The translations under genes were made by a program, and so were the position numbers. The notes beneath the pieces were generated by a model, which saw only the letters and a list, made by a program, of their open reading frames with translations, did not search any database and was not told where the DNA came from. Shown one piece after another: positions 23,143 to 33,382 of a stretch of 64,000 nt of DNA; position 1 is the stretch's first letter, and each line of letters begins with the position of its first letter. Source of the stretch: Albugo candida (Eukaryota); assembly GCA_040437565.1 (NCBI GenBank), contig JBDOQK010000001.1:930001-994000 (forward strand), written 5' to 3'.

Positions 23143-24780
23143 TCATGATAGAGAAGTGTTGCTGGCACCACATCCGCTGTTGTAGTCATCTGGAAAGATC
23201 TTACTCCACACATTATGCAGAATTTGATACTCGTCAGGTCGAGTCTGCATCCAGCTTGAGGGTTCTTCCGCCCAGAGAATGTATACGGTTGTGACAGCAC
23301 TGGAAATGACCGAAAGGATGATACTAGTCACTAAATACCCAATGGTAAAGCCTAGAACAGCTACTAGAGGATTTCGATAATGTAATGATGGGGAGGCCTG
23401 TGAGTACGTGATTTCGAAGACCCTCACGGTAATATACGCCACCAGGCTTCCAATTAAGAGATTTGCATACCAAAATGCGGTTCTTGTGATCTCCTGGTTG
23501 ACAACTGCACTCCAGCCTTTACTTTTTAGAAATTGGATGGAACGCTTACTGGCCGGAATGAATGCACACTTGTAACAGCCAATGTATGCGTAAGCAAATC
23601 GATTGCAAAATTCCATTAGGTATTCTACAAAGTGCAATACGGAGGAAAGTATCGAGAATACCCAAGCCATATAAAAATTCTTTTGTCTACTCGTAAGCGT
23701 AGCAAGAGTGCTCAGCACTTGTCGAAATGTCTCAACGACGGCGACCAGTAATGATCCAAAGCAAATGCTCCCTAAATGAAATGTCCAAGCTTCCAGAAAT
23801 GCTTTTGCGACGAGATTATTTTTCTGACTTTTACATTTCCAAGACGAAACAATTGAACCGATGGAGACCGCAAGTATGTTACGAAAAACCATAGAGCACC
23901 AAAAGTAGATGACAAGCATGCCAATTGAGATGCTCATAGCTGATCGAGCACTAACGTGTTTTAAGCACTCCTCCCCCAAGCAATCATTTTTTGTGGCAAG
24001 CTTGGAAAATCGCAGCATCCTCAACAATCCTAGTATCCAAATAAAACTCCAAAAGCTCTGAACTACGGCCATGCACACCGCTCCGAGTAAAGCCATCGGA
24101 TACGATAAGATAGCACGTGCTGCGACCCGAATGTGTGCACATGCAAAATCAACGCGATGACGCATCAGGTAGCTGCTTACCACAAAGAATAGAGCTCCCA
24201 GCCCCATCAAAATACTGGCTGTATAAGCGATCATACTTTCAGTGAGTAGTGCTTCTTTGAGAAAGGTACCAGCCAGTGCGAGTTGTGTCCCCGCAATGCT
24301 AATAAGAGAGAGCCAAATAAATGCTTTACCGATGATGAGAATCATAATGCTGCATAGTGTCGACAGAATCATGGAAACGATTGAGATTTGCGGTAAAGCA
24401 ATAAGTATCTGACGATTCAGTGAATGTGGAAGATTTGAATCACTTGAAATGATATCGGAAAACCATAAATCCAAAGCGAGACAAAATATCGCTGAAATTG
24501 TCACCAAAAACAAGAATAAGAAGCATTTGTCCTGAAACCTGTGCTGGTAGCCGCCTTTTTCAAATTGAGATGCGTATTCTGTCGCTGTTAGCAATACTCC
24601 TTCGTTCTCACTGCAGATCGGGGTTACCGGAAAATTCATCTTTACTACACACACTTCAAGTGAGTCATTATCATCCAATACATCCTTGTTTCTTTCTATT
24701 CCAGCGCTTCGCGCGAGCTTCAACTTGCGTTGCCAATCGGAAGGATACGCACGTAAGAGATTCATCTTATTATGAACCAA
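23143..24780 (-). CDS. Choline transporter-like (CTL/SLC44/PNS1) membrane protein
   Basis: FQDKCF motif, ~10 TMs, TFHLGSICFGSLLVAVV, NRFAYAYIG, SAVTTVYILWAEEP. Confidence 0.85.
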   Translation of the reverse strand: MVHNKMNLLRAYPSDWQRKLKLARSAGIERNKDVLDDNDSLEVCVVKMNFPVTPICSENEGVLLTATEYASQFEKGGYQHRFQDKCFLFLFLVTISAIFCLALDLWFSDIISSDSNLPHSLNRQILIALPQISIVSMILSTLCSIMILIIGKAFIWLSLISIAGTQLALAGTFLKEALLTESMIAYTASILMGLGALFFVVSSYLMRHRVDFACAHIRVAARAILSYPMALLGAVCMAVVQSFWSFIWILGLLRMLRFSKLATKNDCLGEECLKHVSARSAMSISIGMLVIYFWCSMVFRNILAVSIGSIVSSWKCKSQKNNLVAKAFLEAWTFHLGSICFGSLLVAVVETFRQVLSTLATLTSRQKNFYMAWVFSILSSVLHFVEYLMEFCNRFAYAYIGCYKCAFIPASKRSIQFLKSKGWSAVVNQEITRTAFWYANLLIGSLVAYITVRVFEITYSQASPSLHYRNPLVAVLGFTIGYLVTSIILSVISSAVTTVYILWAEEPSSWMQTRPDEYQILHNVWSKIFPDDYNSGCGASNTSLS

Positions 24781-25137
24781 TCAGCAATGCAGCCTTTATC
24801 AACATAATAAAACCCATATAACGAGTATACTCAGTGGGCAATAACTCGGTACACTTGAAGCAGTAGCTTTTAGAACTGTATCTTCAATTGCCATATGATT
24901 ATAGATACCAGAACCATCGAAACTTACCACCCGTCACAAACTTCCATGGAATCAGCTTGGTATAAACATGTGTATAGAACTGATCTTCCTGTCGAATAGC
25001 TGGAAATGGAGATGAATGCATCCTATATGTCGATGAACGCTCGTGAACTCTAATAAAAGACTCATGTCGTATAGTCATGCTGAGGATGACAGTTGCGATA
25101 TTCTTCCGCGCGATGTGATGAAGAGCTGCTCAAGATC

Positions 25138-28011
25138 TCATCGACGTTTGAACATTTCGAAAAGATCAATCGTATTGGTCTTCTTCTGTTGTCCACGCGT
25201 GAGTTTGGTCGCTTCGTTCCAGTTTTTCCGTTCACGGAGCTTCCGTTTTTTTAACATCGGTTTCACCACACCATCTGGCTCATATGCAATTTTGATAGTA
25301 TTTACGGGAACACATGGTCGAACTCGAACGTTGTACTGAAAAAATTGAGAAAGCTCCGGAAGACAATCTTCTGTATGTTCTTGCTCGACAATAAGCGTAC
25401 GCATCCACTTTGAGAAACTAGGAGCAAAAGCTTGCATGCGATGTCGAGAATCCAGCAGGAATATGGCTCCATAATCATTACGGTGACGGATACATCGTCC
25501 TATAGCTTGATTCAAAGCACGAAACGCTTGTAGTTGGTACCACTGTTGTCCATTGAGAACCTTTCGCTCTGATTTACATTTTTTATCTTGATATTGGCGT
25601 TTCAATGACACTTGCAGCTGCTTCGAGCTGGGAAATGGAATCCCAACAGCAATTACTGCCCGTGCATTTCCGTCCGAAAAGTCAATGCCTTCGCTCACTT
25701 TCCCGCGATACACCGCCAGAAAGATAGCTCCACGCCTTCCAGAGCCATCACCATCCGATGATTGTTCTTGACCTTGTATGGCCAACTTGTACTGCTCTAA
25801 ATCTGCGTCAAAGTCGATTCCAGCTGTACGAGCCTCAGTAAATACTTTCTTTATTGCATTGATCTGATCCCAAACACCTGTTTGTTTCCAGCGGTTCACA
25901 AGTATTCCAAGAAGCCTATATGAAGGAAGAAACATCAAGATTCCACCAGGAATCACCTGTACATATTGCTTTAGTAGACTTCCCAATGCATCTTGGTAGC
26001 GGAAGGTATGCTGATTTTGATAGGTTGACGATAAATCCACCTGCCCGGGTCCTTGCATGATAGCTCGAATGAAGACCTGTGTTCGCATATCTACGACATG
26101 GTTGGCCTCTAGCCGGATGCCAAAGTCTAATCCAAGTTCTCCGGCAAAAGAATCCATCGGTGTCAGCGTTCCAGACGTCAGAATAACTGAGCGAGCGTCT
26201 CTAGCGATATCCGCAAACACAACTGCACCACTTAGACACCATATAGCAATTCGAAATTGCCAGCCTGCCGCTTTTGCACTTCCTCTTTCATCCCTTGAAG
26301 CCAAACGATTATCGGCAGACATATCTTTAGTTCCTTTCTGAGCTCGAGATTTGAAGAACAAAAGTTGAAAGTCGTCCAAGTACTTGAATTCATCGCGAAA
26401 CATGAAGCTTGCGACACATAGGATAGTCTCCATTGTTTTTAACGCGATAGGTCTTAATAAGACTTCGGGTGATTTCGACTGAGCAGAATTGTGATCCACA
26501 TCGTTACCACTTCCTTTCTCTACTTGCATCAACATTTTCTCATGTTCGTGAACTAGTTGCAGGGCTGATTGGAAAGAGGAAAGATTATCTTGATTCATTC
26601 CCGCGTATTCATCGAACATAGCGATGGCATCACTTCCAGACCAAACATTGCTTTCTTCCTCAAACCCCGTGGGCTGTAATTTGACCGTCGTTGAAACCAT
26701 CTCCATCCATCGTGCAAACCCGGTGAGGATGCTCAGTAAGGAAGGGTAGGCTTGCGGTCTAAATGCCTCCTCTATAACATGCGTGAACGATTGAATGCAT
26801 ACTGACAATGTTTCCTTCGTGATCTCAAAGCTCGCACTGGAACGGCAGATGTCCTCAACATTGTGCGCTTCATCCAGAACGACGATAGCATCTTTTAACG
26901 AGATATTAACAGCAGATCGGACCGATGGATGTATCAGATAATTGTACGGACAAAACACGATGTCTGCCAGCGGAAGAATATTCAAAGCTGAGTAGTAAGC
27001 ACACTCTTTCTTCCGCTTTGCAAGACTCACGAATTCCTCAATGTCCCATATATGAGGTACCCTCGAAGACTGCGGGTTACTCTCCCGACCTGAGCGGTAG
27101 AAACTGCACTTGTTCTCACTTAAAAGGTTTTGACACTTTTCGTCAACTGATCGATCGTCACGCTCACTATGCTTCGCTCGACTATTGATGCAGTACTGGG
27201 ATTTGGAGGCTAGAATGCATGAGCGCAGCTGAGAACGCGATTCCAGCTCAGGGTAATCACCAAGGAAATGAAAGTACGAAGACGGGCATTTCCGAAACTC
27301 CTCCACGGATTGTGCAAGCTGAGAGTGCGTGCGAGAGCAGAAGAAAATTTGAGGCGGATGTACCGCAGCGATCGTTGAGGGCGAGAATGTCACGTTACTC
27401 GGAGTGTCTGTGTCTTGTTGTTCAGAGGCCGGTGTGAAGGATGAAGGTAGCTTGCGTGTTTTTATAGCCGCTGAATCGCTGCTGTGTTCGTATTGGTCCT
27501 GGTAGCATGCTTTCGCCGGCAAATCACTGGTACATGCTTCCTGCTTATTTGATGTATCACACATCATAAAAGGGTGATCTAGATTCCGAATGGCGCCATA
27601 TTTGACGACCGCAGGCTCATTCGACTCGAAGTCTTCGTCGTCTTCTGCGGATGCAAATGGTACTCTGTCGTCAAGAGGCGAGACAGACGCATCCTGCGCG
27701 CTATTTTTATCCTTGTTTATTGCATCTTCTTTGAGCTGTAGTTCTTTTTGAATTAGAAGCTCTTCTGTGTACTGCTTTTGAAAACTCAAGCACGAGCATA
27801 ATATTGCAAGCGTTTTACCAGAGCCTGTAGGTGACTCCAAAAGAGCATGCTGATTTGTTTTCAGCGCTAGAAGCACTCGATTCATTACTGCCAGTTGCGC
27901 AGGGAAAGGCTGCTTATCATTGGAAAATGCAACCTTATATCCCATGATCATGAAATTTTGCTCTTTACTATCATCCTCTTTTTTTGCAGCAGACAAATGG
28001 ACAGCGTTCAT
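25138..28011 (-). CDS. BRIP1: Fe-S cluster DEAH helicase, FANCJ/BRIP1-like
   Basis: PFPAQLAVM, ALLESPTGSGKT, SRTHSQL, Fe-S cysteines, CPYNYL, DEAHNVEDICR, ILTSGTLTP, RGKVSEGIDFSD, QAFRALNQAIGRCIRHRNDYGA. RTEL1 cannot be fully excluded by eye. Confidence 0.85.
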   Translation of the reverse strand: MNAVHLSAAKKEDDSKEQNFMIMGYKVAFSNDKQPFPAQLAVMNRVLLALKTNQHALLESPTGSGKTLAILCSCLSFQKQYTEELLIQKELQLKEDAINKDKNSAQDASVSPLDDRVPFASAEDDEDFESNEPAVVKYGAIRNLDHPFMMCDTSNKQEACTSDLPAKACYQDQYEHSSDSAAIKTRKLPSSFTPASEQQDTDTPSNVTFSPSTIAAVHPPQIFFCSRTHSQLAQSVEEFRKCPSSYFHFLGDYPELESRSQLRSCILASKSQYCINSRAKHSERDDRSVDEKCQNLLSENKCSFYRSGRESNPQSSRVPHIWDIEEFVSLAKRKKECAYYSALNILPLADIVFCPYNYLIHPSVRSAVNISLKDAIVVLDEAHNVEDICRSSASFEITKETLSVCIQSFTHVIEEAFRPQAYPSLLSILTGFARWMEMVSTTVKLQPTGFEEESNVWSGSDAIAMFDEYAGMNQDNLSSFQSALQLVHEHEKMLMQVEKGSGNDVDHNSAQSKSPEVLLRPIALKTMETILCVASFMFRDEFKYLDDFQLLFFKSRAQKGTKDMSADNRLASRDERGSAKAAGWQFRIAIWCLSGAVVFADIARDARSVILTSGTLTPMDSFAGELGLDFGIRLEANHVVDMRTQVFIRAIMQGPGQVDLSSTYQNQHTFRYQDALGSLLKQYVQVIPGGILMFLPSYRLLGILVNRWKQTGVWDQINAIKKVFTEARTAGIDFDADLEQYKLAIQGQEQSSDGDGSGRRGAIFLAVYRGKVSEGIDFSDGNARAVIAVGIPFPSSKQLQVSLKRQYQDKKCKSERKVLNGQQWYQLQAFRALNQAIGRCIRHRNDYGAIFLLDSRHRMQAFAPSFSKWMRTLIVEQEHTEDCLPELSQFFQYNVRVRPCVPVNTIKIAYEPDGVVKPMLKKRKLRERKNWNEATKLTRGQQKKTNTIDLFEMFKRR

Positions 28012-28376
28012 GTAGTACAAATGTATAGACTTCGAGACATCAACCTCAAATTAAGTGGTACACCAATTGCTCTAGCGCGAAGAACTGCTAGCACCCGGCT
28101 GCAGGATCGAAGAGCTGATTATTGCGACTGAATTAACAGTCTGTGGGTACTAAGCGGGATTGTTAGGCCACAAGTGAACCATAACTGGCTCGAATCGATG
28201 AATTGACAGCATCTAACTAGCGCGTAGATCATTTATCTCGAAATTCTTAGCATACATTTGAAAAGTGAATTGGAACAGCAGATGGGAGATAATGCAAGAA
28301 TGAATTTCGAAAAACACAAAAAGAAAGCGGGAAAAGTGCGCTATTGTTTGCGGATGCTGTATGAGTCCTACCATAC

Positions 28377-29141
28377 TTATTCTCGTTGAGTGAGTACCAG
28401 AAAACCCATGATTCCAAGAAGTGCATACTTGAAAAGCGGATAATCGTTGAGTAAAATTGTCATCATGCCTGCGTAAGGAACAGAACTATACAACCGTTTA
28501 GCATATAGCAAGGAGTAATGAATTGGTAGCGTACCTATTGACGACACCAATTATATCGGTACGGTTAAGCCACAATTGATTCTCGGCATATAAACCTCTA
28601 CATTTGCATCATAAAGTTAGTGTGACGAACATGCTGGTAACGCCTCTATACATACCGATCATGAACGTTGTTATTGTCTCCTTTTGTCAGATAGATATTT
28701 TCATCAGTTTCTGCGCTGTTACATGATTTCAGTCCCTCAACGCCTCCAGCGTAGTTGAAGACAAATGTACCTGCGATGAAGTTCTAACACTCGATGTACG
28801 ATTGGAATTTCCCTTCCGACAATCTTGAATACCACGATGTCACCTGTCTCGATGAAATGTTTCTATCAAGTATGAATTCAGAACTCGGGAATGTTTGCAT
28901 CACGGAGTCGTACGTTATTATTGAGACAGAGAATATCGCCCCGTTGAAACGCAGGCTCCATACTGCCTGACAAGACAACAACTACTGGAGCTTCACTCTT
29001 GGAGAGATACGTCAGTCCCTTCCATATCATCAGCGCGGATATTATAACAAGGGCCAGGTTGAGACCTTGATGAATTAATTGACGCTTGTGCTTCCATAAG
29101 CGCTTTATTTCGTCAACTTGCTGAACAATCAATTCTATCAT
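28377..29141 (-). CDS. SEC11: Signal peptidase complex catalytic subunit SEC11 (multi-exon)
   Basis: [29 protein letters not shown]; later exons [41 protein letters not shown]; stop at 28377. Confidence 0.92.
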
Positions 29142-29251
29142 TTTCCTTGCAATAATCAAGAGGCGGAGAATAAGCGTGATTATCACCAATCAGAGCGCTC
29201 TCGTAGTTTGCCTCCACCGGAATTATCCAATCAAGATACACATCAGACTAC

Positions 29252-30919
29252 ATGCTGACTCGATGCGTTGCGTTGCGTTACCGCCCTTTAAATATTTGGA
29301 ATGTGTCCGCCATAACGAAAATTTCATACTCTAATGTTGCCGTACCGCTGGAACCCATCTCCGAAAGTGTTGCTGATGAGGTAAAAGAAGCCAGAAGATC
29401 TGAAAAATCGACAAATCAGAAGATGCGAATCTCAAAGTGGATTGCCATGGCTGGTGTCTGCTCTCGTCGCCAAGCGGAGAAAAAGATTCTATCCAACCAA
29501 GTCATGCTGAATGGAACGATCCTTCGCGATGTGGGTCAATCGATCAATCCTCAAGTCGACCGAGTCACAGTCAATGGAATTGATCTGATGCTACGTAAGC
29601 AAGAAGCAAACGCACCATCCCCAATAAAAGTCTGGCTGGCACACAAATTGAAAGGAGTAAGCGAAAATATCGTACTTCAACAAAGATTCTAGTTGACTTA
29701 TTGTTTGGTTAGGAGCTCGTGACAACGGAAGACCCGCAAGGACGATCAACAATTTTTGATCGCTTTCGTCAAATGGGTTTGAAACAGCATCTGATGCCAG
29801 TGGTAGATATCCTATCATCACTTTACTTGATGCGTCATCCTGAACTGTGCATTTTCAGGGTCGACTTGATTACAACACAGAAGGATTGCTGATACTCACG
29901 AACGACGGTGAGTATGCCCGTCAGCTCGAGCATCCAAAGTCGTGTGTTCAGAGAACATACCGTGCATTCGTCCGAGGAAANNNNNNNNNNNNNNNNNNNN
30001 NNNNNNNNNNNNNNNNNNNNNNNNNNNNNNNNNNNNNNNNNNNNNNNNNNNNNNNNNNNNNNNNNNNNNNNNNNNNNNNNCATCCCCAATAAAAGTCTGG
30101 CTGGCACACAAATTGAAAGGAGTAAGCGAAAATATCGTACTTCAACAAAGATTCTAGTTGACTTATTGTTTGGTTAGGAGCTCGTGACAACGGAAGACCC
30201 GCAAGGACGATCAACAATTTTTGATCGCTTTCGTCAAATGGGTTTGAAACAGCATCTGATGCCAGTGGTAGATATCCTATCATCACTTTACTTGATGCGT
30301 CATCCTGAACTGTGCATTTTCAGGGTCGACTTGATTACAACACAGAAGGATTGCTGATACTCACGAACGACGGTGAGTATGCCCGTCAGCTCGAGCATCC
30401 AAAGTCGTGTGTTCAGAGAACATACCGTGCATTCGTCCGAGGAAATGTATGATTATAAGCATACCATACAACTGAATGATTTCAATTGGTATCTCTGACC
30501 AGGTACTGCGTTCAAAAATAGAAGAGCTTGGACGAGGCGCAATCGTGAAAGGCGTCAAGTGAGCGAGTGCATGTGACCAATAAATTTGATGAAAACAGCT
30601 GATACTTTGTTGTTTAGATACCGTCCCATTCAAGTCAGCGTCCATTCGACTGACAAAAAAGACTCCTGGCTTCAGGTCAAAGTTCGTGAGGGAAAGGTGC
30701 GTAACCTGAACGTACAAATTCATCACATCATCTTATCATTTCTACTTGTAGAACAGAGAAGTGCGCAATGCGTTGGCCCATGTCCGGCTGATTGTCAAAC
30801 GATTGATACGAGTTCAGTTTGGTCCTTATCGGCTTGCTGACCTCCCAAGTGGTTCAGTTTTAGAAGTCACACCCAAGTTACTGGAAAACCAAAAGAATTC
30901 GGCAAGAAAAAGTGTATAA
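29252..30919 (+). CDS. S4-domain pseudouridine synthase, RsuA/RluB family, probably mitochondrial (multi-exon; gap with duplicated overlap)
   Basis: RISKWIAMAGVCSRRQAE (S4), GRLDYNTEGLLILTNDGE (catalytic Asp), REGKNREVR, RLIRVQFGP; Arg-rich N-terminal presequence-like segment. Confidence 0.85.
29616..30445. repeat. 365-bp exact direct duplication (29616-29980 = 30081-30445) flanking 100-N gap 29981-30080; probable assembly overlap
   Basis: Identical sequence, offset 465. Confidence 0.88.
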
Positions 30920-30981
30920 GAGAATCCGCGATGTCTTATTTATCTCGCTCAAACGTACGATACGAAAACATAGACACGTTC

Positions 30982-32920
30982 TTACAACTCATAAGACTGG
31001 CGAATTATTTTTTTCTGTGGTTTGTCATCAGGGTATTCATCAGACTGCTCATCTACCTCAACGTCGTTCTTTCCGGTTGAGTTGTAGGTCGACGCCCAAT
31101 TGCCGGGTATCCTAGGATTGATTGAGCTCGACCGGTTATAATGACTTGAATTCATTGTGTCAAGCATTGAAGATTCTTTAGTCTCATTTTCATCCATGTC
31201 ACAGAATGACGAGAAGTTCGATCGATTATCATCATTCTCATCGAGTTCCAAACTATCTGCTTGAGAATCAAGAAACATGACTTTCGGAGTGATGTAACTT
31301 TTTGCTCCCATAGAAAACACAGAGCTTGTGGCTTGTGAGCCATTGAACTTGAGATTTTTCGTTCCAGAAGAAGCTTTAGAAGATCTTGAGACAAAGCTGT
31401 CGTTCTTTGTGCCATTCGAAACAATATCTGAACTGGATTCGTAAATCATCTCGTCTGAATAGTCACTTTTATACGTGGCCCTTGGAGCTGTTTGATGTAA
31501 ACTAGTTGCTTCTGAAGTCACTTCTGATGCTCTTTCTAAATGAGGCATCGCACCATGCTCATAATTCATGGATGTATGGCTATTACCATAAAGTGATTGA
31601 GTCTCATCTTGTTGCTTCAATGCAGACCGCAATGTCTGAGCGGTGTGGACTTGATTGCCGGCGTGTTGATGGTAGCTTGCTCCAAGCACTGTGTCTTCAT
31701 CCTTGGAAGTGTTCGATAGTACACTGTGATGTCGATCGACATACTCTGAACTCTGATGGGTAGTTAAGGGGGTATGGTTTCTAGCGTATGCTTTCTTCGT
31801 GTCATCTATCATGCTTTCCGAGAATCTGTGATCTCTGCTTGATCGCTTTGCACGCCAGAAGCAAAACAGCGCGATCGCAATGATAAAAATTCCCGTTAAG
31901 ACCACGAAGATGATGAGTATGTAGGGACTCTTATTGTCACCAGCGCTTTTTTCTTGACTCGTACCACTACCATACCCCGTGCTACTGTCGTCACTTGGTG
32001 CATCAGTAGAATTATCACTAGCTGCAATCACACCCGTGCCTTGTGACTGCAACTTTGTCGCGCGTTCCGTTTTCGACCCGTTGATGAAGACTACATCCTC
32101 CGCATCGCGCTCAGTTGGAGATAAAGTAGTTTCTTCGTCGTTTCCTTCCGATGCCGATGGATTTGTTAAGGTTTGGCTGTTCGACACGTCACGCTTTCTA
32201 ACGTGCTGTGAACCCCCTTCTTCACTAAATTCTGGATTTGCGGTATCCGAAATAGTCGAATCAGGCGACACAGCCGACATATCCGACACACCTGTAGCAG
32301 CCGAAAAATCTGAAACATCTGGATCTTCTGGAGCATTCACAGCTTGTGGAGTTTCTGAAGGTGGTGGTTTTCTTAGAGACTCTGGAGAATGCACAGGCTC
32401 TAAAACAGGAATGGGATTTGGTGCATTTGAAGAAGGAGTTGGGGATCCACTCGGATCTGGTGGACTAGACCCATGACTTCTCGATTTTTTTCCTGGACTG
32501 TCTGTAGTCTTTGCGTGGTGTCCATTATTATTCTCGGTTGGTGATGATGATGGTGATGGTGAAAGCTTCGATTTCTTGGAGGACTTTGGAGGGGGAGATT
32601 GTATTATAGGACCAGAATAGTCACTAGGATCGGGCACCTTCCGATTACCGCTTTCACTTGACGGCGTCCCCGAAGTAGGGCCACCGTTCTGAAATTGAGG
32701 AGTCTTGAATCTCGGAATGTTTGGTGGTATTATTTGTCGAAATTCATGAGTCGAAGTTGCTGATGCTGTCCGAGAGGGATCAGATTTTTCATCGCTGTCA
32801 GCTAGAAGAATACCATGTCAGTGTTTGAGTGGGCGGAGGAGAAGTAGGATGAACCTCACCGTAGCAGTTTGGGGTGACATGCAGCAGAAGGAGACCCACA
32901 CACATACGATACAACAGCAT
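30982..32920 (-). CDS. Type I membrane protein: signal peptide, Ser/Pro/Thr-rich mucin-like ectodomain, one TM, long Ser-rich cytoplasmic tail (2 exons)
   Basis: The frame of ORF 30982-32637 stays open upstream to an AG acceptor near 32803. Upstream exon MLLYRMCVGLLLLHVTPNCY (ATG 32920, GT donor near 32859). TM YILIIFVVLTGIFIIAIALFCFW followed by RAKR. Confidence 0.7.
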
Positions 32921-33382
32921 GTTTGTCGTTTTTGTCGAGCGCAGGTAGAGTGAGAGTATCGGTGGATGCAGCGGTTGTTTAACAAGCAGAAGAGGCGATG
33001 TGTTTCATATCTCCCCTATTTGGCAAAGGTGATGGCCCTACAGGACTATCGAATCCACAAAGCTCTGAATGAATGTATCGAATATGTAAAGCCATGGCGC
33101 ATCCAATGATATACGTATTCGTATTTTAGGTGCTTGTCCATAGAGCATGTCCCAATGCATCGCACCTTTACTGAATATTTGAACGAATGCAACTTTCTTA
33201 AAAGCCTATCATAGACATACACAGATGGATGCTAACGTCGTGTCCAATTAGCATTTTCTAGTATATAATTTACATTGGCTCTAGTATTCCGCCATCTCCA
33301 GAAATCTAAGGCTCCCAATTGGAGAGTGAGAAGTGAAAGGCCAAAAGTTAGTGTTGCATTCTTCATGCGCTGACCTGGCATC

